A stretch of 64,000 nt of DNA from Planctomycetota bacterium (GCA_016872675.1 VGZG01000003.1:175-64174), one strand, 5' to 3'; shown: positions 44,017 to 52,890, counted from the stretch's first letter. Program-made: numbers and translations. The notes: generated by a model from the letters alone, not told the origin.

Positions 44017-45432
44017 ATGACCGACCACCGCGAACCTGCGCCCGTCGATCCGTCGCGCCGCCGCCTGCTGCAGCAGTCGGCCTGCGGCTTCGGCAGCCTC
44101 GCGCTCGGCAACCTGCTGGCGGGCGGGCGCCCCGCTCCGCTCGCCGGCGACGACCTCAAGCCGCGGTTGCCGCACTTCGCGCCGCGCGCCAAGCGCGTCG
44201 TATTCCTGTTCATGCACGGCGGCCCGTCGCAGGTCGACACCTTCGACTACAAGCCGATGCTGCAGCGCGACCACGGCAAGCCGTTGCCGTTCCCCAAGCC
44301 GCGGGTGACCTTCGCCGAGACCGGCAACTTGATGCGCTCGCCGTACGGCTTCCGCCAGTACGGCGAGAGTGGCCAATGGGTCAGCGAGATCTTCCCGCAC
44401 GTCGCGCGCGTCGTCGACAAGCTGTGCTTCTTGAAGGGTCTGCACGGCAGCAACGACGCCCACGGCGGCGCGCTGCTCAAGATCCACACCGGCAGCGACA
44501 CGTTCGTGCGGCCGTCGATCGGCAGCTGGGCGCTGTACGGGCTCGGCAGCGAGAACCAGAACCTGCCCGGCTTCGTGACCATTTGTCCGACGCTCGGCCA
44601 CGGCGGCGTCAACAATTGGAGCAGCGCCTTCCTGCCAGCGGTCTACCAAGGCACGCCGCTCGGCAACGCCAGCGTGCCGAGTACGCAGGCGGCGGTCCGC
44701 CATCTGCACGGCGAGATGCCTGCCCCCCGCCAGCAGCGCATGCTCGAGCTGCTGCGCGATCTCAACGAGGACCACGCGGCAGCGCGCGCCGGCGACTCCC
44801 TGCTCGACGCGCGCATCCAGAGCTTCGAACTCGCCTTCCGCATGCAGATGGAGGCGCCGGGCGTGCTCGACGTCACCAGCGAGACTGCGGCCACCAAGCG
44901 CCAGTACGGCCTCGACGACCAGCGCACTGAGAACTTCGGCCGCCAGTGCCTCATGGCGCGCCGCCTGCTGGAGGCCGGCGTGCGCTTCGTCCAGGTCACC
45001 CACAGCTACAAGTGGGACCAGCACGGCAACCTCGAGCCTGACCACCGGCGCAACGCCGCCGAGGTCGACCAGCCGATCGCGGCGCTGATCACCGACCTGG
45101 AGCAGCGCGGCATGCTCGAGGACACGCTGGTCTGGTGGGGCGGCGAATTCGGCCGCACGCCGACCAGCGAAGGCGGCACCGGCCGCGACCACAACCCGCA
45201 CGCGTTCACGCACTTCCTCGCCGGCGGCGGCGTGCGCCAGGGCTACAGCTACGGCTCAACCGACGACTACGGCTACTACGCGCAAACCGACCGCATGCAC
45301 GTGCACGACCTGCACGCCACGCTGCTGCATCTGTTGGGCCTCGACCACGAACGGCTGACCTTCCGTCACGCCGGACGCGACTTCCGTCTGACCGACGTCG
45401 AAGGCAAGGTCGCGCGCGCGATCCTCGCCTGA
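44017..45432 (+). CDS. DUF1501 sulfatase-fold protein with Tat signal
   Basis: Tat motif 'PSRRRLLQQSACGFGSLALG'. 'FLFMHGGPSQVDTFDYKP' and 'WGGEFGRTP...GRDHNPH' are typical DUF1501 blocks. The gene starts 3 nt after the DUF1553 gene. Confidence 0.85.
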   Translation: MTDHREPAPVDPSRRRLLQQSACGFGSLALGNLLAGGRPAPLAGDDLKPRLPHFAPRAKRVVFLFMHGGPSQVDTFDYKPMLQRDHGKPLPFPKPRVTFAETGNLMRSPYGFRQYGESGQWVSEIFPHVARVVDKLCFLKGLHGSNDAHGGALLKIHTGSDTFVRPSIGSWALYGLGSENQNLPGFVTICPTLGHGGVNNWSSAFLPAVYQGTPLGNASVPSTQAAVRHLHGEMPAPRQQRMLELLRDLNEDHAAARAGDSLLDARIQSFELAFRMQMEAPGVLDVTSETAATKRQYGLDDQRTENFGRQCLMARRLLEAGVRFVQVTHSYKWDQHGNLEPDHRRNAAEVDQPIAALITDLEQRGMLEDTLVWWGGEFGRTPTSEGGTGRDHNPHAFTHFLAGGGVRQGYSYGSTDDYGYYAQTDRMHVHDLHATLLHLLGLDHERLTFRHAGRDFRLTDVEGKVARAILA

Positions 45433-45456
45433 AGCCCCTGGGGCGCGGCGCGGAAC

Positions 45457-48243
45457 TCAGCGGCCCCGACGGCCTTCGGGCGGCAAGACTTCGCCGCGCT
45501 CGGGCACGCGAGCCAGCATGGCGCGCAGACGTTCCACGAACACCGGGTCGCCGGTGCGCTCAACCATCGCGCGCAGTTGGTCGCGCAGAGTGCCATCGGT
45601 GGAGCCGGCGCGCATGGCCAGCAGTTCGCTCAGGCGTGGCAGGTTGGATCGGTCGGCGACGAACTGCTGCATGCGATCGAGCGCTGCTGCGACTTCGGCG
45701 TTGGCCTCGTCGCGCTGGCCCTGCGCCTCCAGCGCCGCCACGAGCGCGCGGCGGGACTGCAGCGAATGCTGCACCAGCATCCGGTCGAGCGGCGCGCCGG
45801 CGACGGTCAACACGCCCTCTATGCGCACTGCCTCCCGCAGCGCCGCCTCAGCCTCCTGCAGCCGCGCGACGCGCGCCGCCGCCAACTCGCTGGTCCGGTC
45901 GGCGGCGAGCAGCGCCCGCCCCAGCACCAAGCTCGACTGCGCCTGCAGGCGTTGGTACTCGCGAAACGACGGCTGCGAGGAGACCAATCGCGCGGCGTGG
46001 TCCGCGGCTTCCTTGCACGCAGCGGCGTCGAGTTGCGCCGGTTCGCGCGGACCGCGTGGCCCATCCTCTGGCCGCATCGGCTCGAGCAGCGCGCGGCACA
46101 ATTCGAAGCGATCGTCGTCGCGCTCCGGTTGACGGGCGACGACGTCGCGCAGGATGGCGATCGCCGCTTGCTGGGTCTTCTCGCGTTCGCCTTCGCCGCG
46201 GCCGGGATCCGGCCGCCGGAGCGATCGGTTCGCCAGCAGCAGGCAGCGGGCCTTGAGCGACTTCGCGTCGTCGGACGCCGGATCCTCGGCCAGCACGCTC
46301 TCGACCAGGGCCATGGCCTTGCCGGCATGCTCGCGCAGCGACGCCGCCCGTTCGCGTTCGCGATCACGCTCGAACTCGCCGACGCGGTCGGGACGACCTC
46401 CAGGTCCGGCTGGCGGTCGGCGACCGAACGGCAGCTCGTTGGCGAGCAGGTAGTGCACCTCGGCTTGCGCGAGGCGGATCGCGCGGCTGCCGTCCGACGC
46501 CAGGGCTGCGAGCAGCGCCAGGGACTCGACCAGCGCCGCGCGGCCGGCGTCCGGCTGGCCGCGGCGGCGGGCTAGTTGCGCCGCCTCGACCAACACCGCG
46601 GCGCGCTCGCGGCGCACGTCGCGGTCGGCAATCGACGCCAGGTGGTCGAGCGCCTGCTGGTATGCCTTGCCGGCGGCCTCGAGGTTGGCCGGCGCGCCAA
46701 TGCGGGCGTGGATCGCGCCGACGCGCCAGCACGCCCGCGCGGTCTCAAAGCGCAGCGCCGCGTTGCCTGTGTTCTGCGCGGCGAACCGGTCGTAGAAGGC
46801 CAGCATCTCCTGCAGCAGAGCGAGGTCCTTGGGATCGACGACAGCCCGCACGACGACGGTCGCCTCGCCGGTCTCCTCGTCTTCGTCGACGGCGACCAGC
46901 GGCGCTGGGCCGACCAGCGCATCGAACACGCGGCCGAAGGCGTCCAGCGTGATGTCGAGGTTCTGCTCGGCGCGGCGCGATTCCTGCGCCGCCAACAGCG
47001 CCGACTTCTCGGCCCGGCCGAGCGCCTCGCTGGCGACGCCGTACGAGACCCAGCCCATCGCGCCGGCGCTGACCACCGCGAGCATGGTCGCAACCGCGAG
47101 CGCCGCCAGCGCGCGGTTGCGGCGCCCCCAACGCCACAGCAGCGCCACCGAAGAAAGCCGACGCGCGGCCACCGGCTGGTCATCGAGGAAGGCGCGCAGG
47201 TCGCGCGCCAGCGCGCTGCAGTCGGCGTAGCGATCCTGCGGGTCGAGGGCGCAGGCCTTCTCGATCACGACCACCAAGTCCGCGGGTAGCTCGGGACACG
47301 CCTTGCGCAGCGGCTCGCGCCGATGTTGGCGAATACGCTCCATCAGTTCGCTGCGCGAGCCCGCCGCGAACGCTGGCTTCAGCGTCAGCAGCTCGTACAG
47401 CGTCACGCCGAGCGCATAAACCTCGCTGTGCACGTCGTATTGGCCGTGGAACTGCTCGGGCGCCATGTACTGCAGCGTTCCAAGGATGTCGCCGGAGTGG
47501 GTCAGGCCCTCGGCCTCGAGCGCCTTGGCGAGCCCGAAGTCGGTGACCCACAGATGGTCGCCGCCCTGCAGCAACAGGTTGCCGGGCTTGATGTCGCGGT
47601 GCAGCGTGCCGAAGCCGTGCGCGTGGTGCAGCGCACTAGCCGCCTGTGCGCCGAGGCGCGCGACAAAGCGCGCGCGCGTTCGCCACGCGCCGGGGCCCTG
47701 CGGCTGCTCCGCGCACTGCGCTTCGCGCCAGCAATCCAGGCCCTCGCCCTCGATAAACTGCATCGCGTACCAGTGGTACCCGTCGCTCTCGCCGCTGCCG
47801 AAGACCGGCACGATGTTGCTGTGGTGCAACTGGGCGGCGATCTGCGCCTCGCGGCGGAAGCGCTCGAGCTGGTTGCCCGACAGCAGCGACGCCTGCGGCA
47901 GCACCTTCAGCGCCACCTTGCGGCCAAGCGACTCCTGCACGGCCTCGAACACGACGCCCATGCCACCGCGGCCGACCTCGCGAACGATTCGGAATTCGCC
48001 GAGGCGGTCGAGCTTGGGCAGCGCCGCGCGGCGGCCGCCACTGCCGCTGGCAACGCGCTCGCGCTTGTGGCCTTCGAGCGCCAGGATCGCCGGCAACAGT
48101 TCGAGCAGCGCCGCCGCATGCTGCGGGTGCTCGCCGGCGAACTGCTCCGGCGACAGACGCGGCTCGTTACGCCGACGCGCCAGGAAGCGCTCGACCAGCA
48201 GGTCGATCGGCTCGCGCGCCTGCGTGTCGCCCTCGCCAGTCAT
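45457..48243 (-). CDS. Ser/Thr protein kinase with TM segment and long helical-repeat (TPR-like) C-terminal domain
   Basis: 'VGRGGMGVVFEA...KVALKVL', 'HRDIKPGNLLL', 'DFGLAKA' and 'GTLQYMAPE' are Hanks kinase motifs. TM segment 'ALAALAVATMLAVVSAGAMGWV'. The start overlaps the sigma-factor stop as ATGA. Confidence 0.85.
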   Translation of the reverse strand: MTGEGDTQAREPIDLLVERFLARRRNEPRLSPEQFAGEHPQHAAALLELLPAILALEGHKRERVASGSGGRRAALPKLDRLGEFRIVREVGRGGMGVVFEAVQESLGRKVALKVLPQASLLSGNQLERFRREAQIAAQLHHSNIVPVFGSGESDGYHWYAMQFIEGEGLDCWREAQCAEQPQGPGAWRTRARFVARLGAQAASALHHAHGFGTLHRDIKPGNLLLQGGDHLWVTDFGLAKALEAEGLTHSGDILGTLQYMAPEQFHGQYDVHSEVYALGVTLYELLTLKPAFAAGSRSELMERIRQHRREPLRKACPELPADLVVVIEKACALDPQDRYADCSALARDLRAFLDDQPVAARRLSSVALLWRWGRRNRALAALAVATMLAVVSAGAMGWVSYGVASEALGRAEKSALLAAQESRRAEQNLDITLDAFGRVFDALVGPAPLVAVDEDEETGEATVVVRAVVDPKDLALLQEMLAFYDRFAAQNTGNAALRFETARACWRVGAIHARIGAPANLEAAGKAYQQALDHLASIADRDVRRERAAVLVEAAQLARRRGQPDAGRAALVESLALLAALASDGSRAIRLAQAEVHYLLANELPFGRRPPAGPGGRPDRVGEFERDRERERAASLREHAGKAMALVESVLAEDPASDDAKSLKARCLLLANRSLRRPDPGRGEGEREKTQQAAIAILRDVVARQPERDDDRFELCRALLEPMRPEDGPRGPREPAQLDAAACKEAADHAARLVSSQPSFREYQRLQAQSSLVLGRALLAADRTSELAAARVARLQEAEAALREAVRIEGVLTVAGAPLDRMLVQHSLQSRRALVAALEAQGQRDEANAEVAAALDRMQQFVADRSNLPRLSELLAMRAGSTDGTLRDQLRAMVERTGDPVFVERLRAMLARVPERGEVLPPEGRRGR

Positions 48244-48836
48244 TGCGGGCCGAGGTCGGCTAGAAAACCCTTGAGGCGGGTCAGCGCGCGGACGTAGCGG
48301 TTGCTCGCCGCGTTCTCCTGGATACCCAGCACGTCGGCGGCCTCCTTGTTGGACAGCTCCTCGAAGTGGCGAAGCAACAGCACTTCGCGGTCGATCTCAT
48401 CCATGCTCGCCAGGGCCGACTCGACCTTGGCGCGCAACTCCTCGCGCATCACCGCGCCGCTCGGCGAGGTGATCTGCGCGACGAAGAAGCTCGAGATCGC
48501 ATTGCTCGCGGGCGCCGAAACCTCGCGGCCAGCGCTTCGCATCTTGGCGCCGAGGTGCTTGCGGTGCAGGTCGATCATCGTCTGGTGCGTCATCAGGCGA
48601 ACCCAGACCAAGAACGGCTTCTGGTCGTCGCGGAACGCCAGCACGCGCTTCTTGGCCTCGAGGAACGTCTCCTGCACGACGTCATCAGCGTCGATACGGC
48701 CGACAAGGCGTGGGTCGAGGCGGAACTGAACCATGCGGAACAACCGCTCCCGATGGCGCTCGAATAGTTGCGCCATCGCCGCGTCGTCGCCAGCACGCAA
48801 CGCGGCCTCAAGCTGCTCGTCGGTCCGTTCCATCAT
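48240..48836 (-). CDS. ECF-type RNA polymerase sigma-70 factor
   Basis: The start is ATGATG at 48836 (MMERTDEQLEAAL). Region 2 is 'DADDVVQETFLEA'. Region 4 is 'LLLRHFEELSNKEAADVLGIQENAASNRYVRALTRLK'. The track start at 49109 adds an Arg-rich extension overlapping aroDE. Confidence 0.85.
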   Translation of the reverse strand: MMERTDEQLEAALRAGDDAAMAQLFERHRERLFRMVQFRLDPRLVGRIDADDVVQETFLEAKKRVLAFRDDQKPFLVWVRLMTHQTMIDLHRKHLGAKMRSAGREVSAPASNAISSFFVAQITSPSGAVMREELRAKVESALASMDEIDREVLLLRHFEELSNKEAADVLGIQENAASNRYVRALTRLKGFLADLGPQ

Positions 48837-48886
48837 GCGGAGGATAACCGATCGTCGCGCCGATCCGGCGCCAGCACACCGCGATG

Positions 48887-50386
48887 TTAGCCGCCCGCGA
48901 GCGCTGGCGCGCCAGCGAGGAAGCCGGCGAGGCGCTCGGGCGGCAGGCCCTTGCCGGTCAACAGCCGCGCCTGCGCGGCCGCCTGCGCCAGAAACATCGC
49001 CAGACCTTCGACGGTCCCGGCGCCGCAGGCGGCGGCGTCGCGCAGGAAGCGCGTGCGCCGTGGCTGGTAGACCATGTCGAACACCACGCAGCCGGCCGGC
49101 GGCTTCCAACCCGGCACGAGACGTTCGTCGCCGTCGTGACCAAGGCTGCCGACCGGCGTCGCCTGGACCACCACGGCCGGCTGTAGATCGTCGAGCACCG
49201 ACTCGGACAGGCTGCCGACCTGGATGCCGCGCGGCGTCGCGAACGCGCGCGCCGCCTCCAGCGTGCGCGCCAGCATGGTGACGCGGAAGCCAAGACGGCG
49301 CAGCGCGACCGCGCCGGCGCGGGCGGCGCCGCCGGATCCGAGCACCACGGCCGGTCGCTGGTCGCCGGCGGTCACGCCGACGGACGCGAGCGCGCCGAGC
49401 ACGCCGGCGACATCGGTGTTGCCGCCGGTCAACTGCCCCTTGGCGTCGAAGAGGACGGTGTTGACCGCTTCGGCCTCGCGCGCGTCGACGTCGAGTTGCT
49501 TGCAGCGCGCCGCGACATGGCCCTTGTGCGGCGCCGTGACCGACAAGCCGCGCAGACCGCAGCGCTGCAGCATGGACATGACCGCGTCAGGCTGCGAAGT
49601 CTCGAATGGCAAATAGACGGCGTCGGCGCCGCACTGGCGGAACACGCGGTTGTGCAGCCAGGGTCCGAGCGAAGCCAGCGCCGGATTGCCGAGCAACCCG
49701 AAGACGTGCGTGTCCGGGTTGAGCTCGTGCACGCGATAGAGGCCGTGCAGCAACGCAACCGGCAATTGGCCTGGCGCCGTGCCGTCCTCGGATTCGTCGA
49801 GGCGTCCGTACACGAGCGGGGCGCCCTGCACAGCCGACAGGATGCGCGTCGGCCACGCCGTGCGTCCCATCGCGAACGCGACCGTCGGCTGCGCCTGCTG
49901 GTCGGTCTGCTGCAGCAGTTCGATGATCGGCGCGGCATCGGCGAGGTCATGCGCCGTGACCACGATCTTGGCGATCTGACCCGGATGCGCGTGCAGCTTG
50001 TCGCGGATCTCGGCCAGTTCCTTCGGCACGCCGGTGAAGCTGTGGAATGAGCGGATGCGCAGCCGCAAGCGCGTCTTGCCGGCCGGCGGGCTCCACGCCT
50101 CCCAAGCCTCCAGGTCGAGGCCATGCGCGCCGGCCTCGAGGGCGGCGGCGAGCAGTTCCCGCCGCTCCGCCAGCGTGCCGCGAAACTGGCCGCCGTCCTC
50201 CGGCGTCCGGCACGCCACGATCGCCGGGAGGCGCAACGACGAGAACAGCGGCGCGAGGTCCTGACCACGGTGCCAGCGATCGAGCCGCAGCTCGATCCAA
50301 TCGGCGCCGGCCATCGCTGCCTTGGCCCCGGCGCGCGCGACCTGCTCGCGTGATTCGGCGAAGACGCTGGCAACGATCTGGGCCAT
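48887..50386 (-). CDS. aroDE: Bifunctional 3-dehydroquinate dehydratase (type I) / shikimate dehydrogenase
   Basis: The N-terminal half 'ADWIELRLD...IVACRTPEDGGQF...KIVVTAHD' is AroD-like. The C-terminal half 'FGLLGNPALASLGPWLHN', 'LSVTAPHK', 'NTVLF..GQLTGGNTD', 'VVLGSGGAARA' and 'DMVYQP' is AroE-like. The start is ATG 50386. Confidence 0.85.
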   Translation of the reverse strand: MAQIVASVFAESREQVARAGAKAAMAGADWIELRLDRWHRGQDLAPLFSSLRLPAIVACRTPEDGGQFRGTLAERRELLAAALEAGAHGLDLEAWEAWSPPAGKTRLRLRIRSFHSFTGVPKELAEIRDKLHAHPGQIAKIVVTAHDLADAAPIIELLQQTDQQAQPTVAFAMGRTAWPTRILSAVQGAPLVYGRLDESEDGTAPGQLPVALLHGLYRVHELNPDTHVFGLLGNPALASLGPWLHNRVFRQCGADAVYLPFETSQPDAVMSMLQRCGLRGLSVTAPHKGHVAARCKQLDVDAREAEAVNTVLFDAKGQLTGGNTDVAGVLGALASVGVTAGDQRPAVVLGSGGAARAGAVALRRLGFRVTMLARTLEAARAFATPRGIQVGSLSESVLDDLQPAVVVQATPVGSLGHDGDERLVPGWKPPAGCVVFDMVYQPRRTRFLRDAAACGAGTVEGLAMFLAQAAAQARLLTGKGLPPERLAGFLAGAPALAGG

Positions 50387-50424
50387 GAGCGTGGTAGCGT
50401 CGCCGCCGGACGACGTCGTGGCAA

Positions 50425-51294
50425 CTACGCGTCGAGCGCGGCCGCCACTGCGTCGGCGCGCATCGGCGACAGGCCAGCGGCGCGCGCGAGCCGTAGCGCG
50501 GCGTGCGCCGTGGCGAGGTAGGCCGGCACGGCCGCTGGCGCGTGTGCGCGCAGTTCGCACAGATGCGCCGCCACCGTCGCCGTGTCGCCCCGGCGCACGG
50601 CCCCGGTAAGGCCGTCGACGGACCCGCGGTCGCCACACGCCTGCAACGCGCCGCGCATCAGCGCTTCGACCAATCGCGCAGCGTCAGCGCCGCGGACGAC
50701 GCCGGACGCCGCACACGCCGCCGCCGCCTCGGCGAACAGGCCGGTCAGGCCATTGGCCGCCAGCGCGCAGGCCGCGTGATAGAGCGCGCGGTTGCCGCCA
50801 TGGCCGTCGAACGGCACGAGTCCAAGCCGGCGACACAGCGCGCGCAGCAGCCGCTGCGCCCGCGGGTCGCCGACGAGCACGCCGGGCGCGCCGCGCAGCG
50901 GTTCGACGCCAGGGCTATGAGCCGGCACCGGCGTCGTCGGGTGCACGATGCCGCGGCGGATGCCGGCGAGGCCGTCGAAGACCTCGAGCCCGTGCCGGCC
51001 GCTGGTGTGCAGCCACAGGCTGCACGGCCGCGGTGGCGCGGCGGCGGCCGCGGCGGCGATCGCGCCGGCAAGGTCGTCGTCGCCGACTGCGAACACCACC
51101 GCCTGCGCATGGACGTGGTCTGCGGCAGCCAACACGCGACCGCAGCCGGCGGCTGCCACGGCCGCAGCCGCGCGCGCCGGGTCGCGTCCGACGAAGCCGA
51201 GAACGTCGCAGCGGGCCCTCGCCAGCGCGCGGGCGAAGGCGACGCCAATGCGGCCCGGGCCGAAGATCACGATGCGCAGCGCCACGCGACGCAT
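50425..51294 (-). CDS. Rossmann-fold protein, DUF2520-type putative oxidoreductase
   Basis: 'RIVIFGPGRIGVAFARAL' is a dinucleotide-binding motif. The Ala-rich C-terminal domain ends 'GAVRRGDTATVAAHL', as in DUF2520 proteins. The start is ATG 51294. Confidence 0.55.
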   Translation of the reverse strand: MRRVALRIVIFGPGRIGVAFARALARARCDVLGFVGRDPARAAAAVAAAGCGRVLAAADHVHAQAVVFAVGDDDLAGAIAAAAAAAPPRPCSLWLHTSGRHGLEVFDGLAGIRRGIVHPTTPVPAHSPGVEPLRGAPGVLVGDPRAQRLLRALCRRLGLVPFDGHGGNRALYHAACALAANGLTGLFAEAAAACAASGVVRGADAARLVEALMRGALQACGDRGSVDGLTGAVRRGDTATVAAHLCELRAHAPAAVPAYLATAHAALRLARAAGLSPMRADAVAAALDA

Positions 51295-51319
51295 CCTAGC
51301 CAGACCCGGCCCGCCGCGG

Positions 51320-51892
51320 CTACGCCTCGGTGCCGGCTTCGCCCTGGCCAACCTGCTCGCGTCGGCGCCGTTCGCGCTCCTCCTGGCGGTGCGCTAACTC
51401 GTCGAGGTACTCGGCATCGACGGACTCGGACAGCACGTCGAGGTCGTCGAAGTCCTTGGGCCGGTAGTCAGCGCCGGTCGATTGCTGCGTTTCAATCTCA
51501 TCGAAGTACGCCCGTACGACCGCCTTGTGCAGCTCGATGCGCGTCGTGCTGTTGATCGGATGCGCGAGGTCGGCGTGCAGCCGCGAGCGACCGCGCCCGT
51601 CGCGCGGCGCGCGGTCGGGATCGAGCTTGCTGCCGCACTGGTTGCAGAAGTGCGCGCGCACATGGTTCTTGTGCTGGCAGCGCTGACAGTGGTCCGACAG
51701 CTTGCGGCTCGGCATCGCCACGAACGGGCCCTTGGTGCCGTCGATGATCTTGAGGTCGCGCACCACGAAGGCGTCAGCGATGGTCACGCTCGCGTAGGCG
51801 CGCAGCTTGTTGCGCGGGTCGCTGGTGAGCTTGATGCGCACCTCGGTGATCGCAAACCGCAAGGGACTGCCGTCACTGCGTTCGGAATGCAT
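51320..51892 (-). CDS. spoVG: SpoVG-family protein with internal C4 zinc-ribbon insertion and charged C-terminal tail
   Basis: 'ITEVRIKL...KLRAYASVTIADAFVVRDLKIIDGTKGPFVAMPSRK' ... 'DLAHPINSTTRIELHKAVVRAY' is collinear with SpoVG. The insertion 'SDHCQRCQHKNHVRAHFCNQCGSKLDPDRAPRDGRGRSRLH' lies between these blocks. There is a strong SD: GGAGGTGGC-ATG at 51892. Confidence 0.8.
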   Translation of the reverse strand: MHSERSDGSPLRFAITEVRIKLTSDPRNKLRAYASVTIADAFVVRDLKIIDGTKGPFVAMPSRKLSDHCQRCQHKNHVRAHFCNQCGSKLDPDRAPRDGRGRSRLHADLAHPINSTTRIELHKAVVRAYFDEIETQQSTGADYRPKDFDDLDVLSESVDAEYLDELAHRQEERERRRREQVGQGEAGTEA

Positions 51893-51938
51893 GCCACCTC
51901 CCAGATTGACCGTCCGCCGCTCGCCCGCGCGCCGAACG

Positions 51939-52877
51939 TCAGATCGCCGTCGGCGCGTCGACTCCGGCCGCCGCGCTGCGCGTGACCAGGATGCGCACGC
52001 CGTCGGCGGCGAGCGGCTCCAGGTCCTGCGCGCATCGCTGCGCGTCCGACGCGACGGCAAACGGCACGAACAAGGTTGAGCCGCTGCCCGTCATCGACAC
52101 CTCCTGCCCCGCCAGCTCCGCCACGCGCTGCCGCAGCGGTGCGAGCGCGGGTTGCACCCGCTCCGCCGCCGCCCGCAGATCGTTGCGGAAGCCCCGCTGC
52201 AGGAGAGCCTCCGGCTCGTCGACCGCCGGATTCTGCTCGACCGTATCATCCGGCGCGCGCTCCTGCCACAGTGCGGCGAACGTTTTGTAGACGGCGACGG
52301 TCGGGCAACCGAACGGCGGACACACGAGCACGAAGTGCCGTGCCGCGACCTGCGCCGGCGACAACTCGTCGCCGACGCCGCGCCCCCATTGGCTGCCGCC
52401 GCGCAGAAAGAACGCGCAATCGGCGCCGAGCGACGCGGCAAGCGCCTGCAACTCGGCAGCAGCCAGCGGCGCGCCGAGCAACGCGTTGCCCAGCCGCAGC
52501 GCCGCGGCGGCGTCGCTGCTGCCGCCGCCAAGACCGCCACCGTGCGGGATGCGCTTGTGCAACTGCGCCCGGAAGCCGCCGCGATAGCCGACCCGCTCGG
52601 CCAGCGCGTGCAGCGCCTGTTCGACCAGGTTGCCGGGGCCCGGCGGCACCGCCAACACCGGCGCATCGGCGGTGATCGCCATGGCGATGCCTTGGTCGGC
52701 GAGCGCAACCGCGACGTCGTCGTGCAGTTCGAGCGCGTGGAACAGCGTCGTCAGCAGGTGGTAACCGTCGGCGCGTCGGCCGACGACGCGCAGCCACAGG
52801 TTGAGTTTCGCCCGCGCCGGCAGGCGCAACGCCGCGCCGCCGCTCACGCCTCGTCCGCGCATGCCACTGCCGCTCAT
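51939..52877 (-). CDS. ispE: 4-diphosphocytidyl-2-C-methyl-D-erythritol kinase
   Basis: 'PARAKLNLWLRVVGRRADGYHLLTTLF' and the GHMP motif 'KRIPHGGGLGGGSSDAAAAL' are present. The ATG at 52877 overlaps the folK-panC stop as ATGA. An alternative GTG at 52847 lies in a duplicated junction. Confidence 0.85.
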   Translation of the reverse strand: MSGSGMRGRGVSGGAALRLPARAKLNLWLRVVGRRADGYHLLTTLFHALELHDDVAVALADQGIAMAITADAPVLAVPPGPGNLVEQALHALAERVGYRGGFRAQLHKRIPHGGGLGGGSSDAAAALRLGNALLGAPLAAAELQALAASLGADCAFFLRGGSQWGRGVGDELSPAQVAARHFVLVCPPFGCPTVAVYKTFAALWQERAPDDTVEQNPAVDEPEALLQRGFRNDLRAAAERVQPALAPLRQRVAELAGQEVSMTGSGSTLFVPFAVASDAQRCAQDLEPLAADGVRILVTRSAAAGVDAPTAI

Positions 52878-52890
52878 GCCTCGTCCGCGC
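52839..52890. repeat. 22-nt imperfect direct repeat with 30-nt period at the panC-stop / ispE-start junction
   Basis: On the plus strand, gccgctcaCgcctcgtccgcgc (52839-52860) and gccgctcaTgcctcgtccgcgc (52869-52890) match at 21 of 22 positions. On the coding strand the units read GCGCGGACGAGGC[A/G]TGAGCGGC. Confidence 0.8.

Noticed and set aside
38097-45213. Large antisense or off-frame ORFs: 38097-39863 (-), 38486-41407 (+, 973 aa), 41116-42429 (-), 41381-43147 (-), 42315-43550 (-) and 43561-45213 (-)
   Set aside because: All have Arg/Ala/Pro-dominated low-complexity translations. They lie opposite to or out of frame with motif-rich genes (BNR-esterase, DUF1553, DUF1501).
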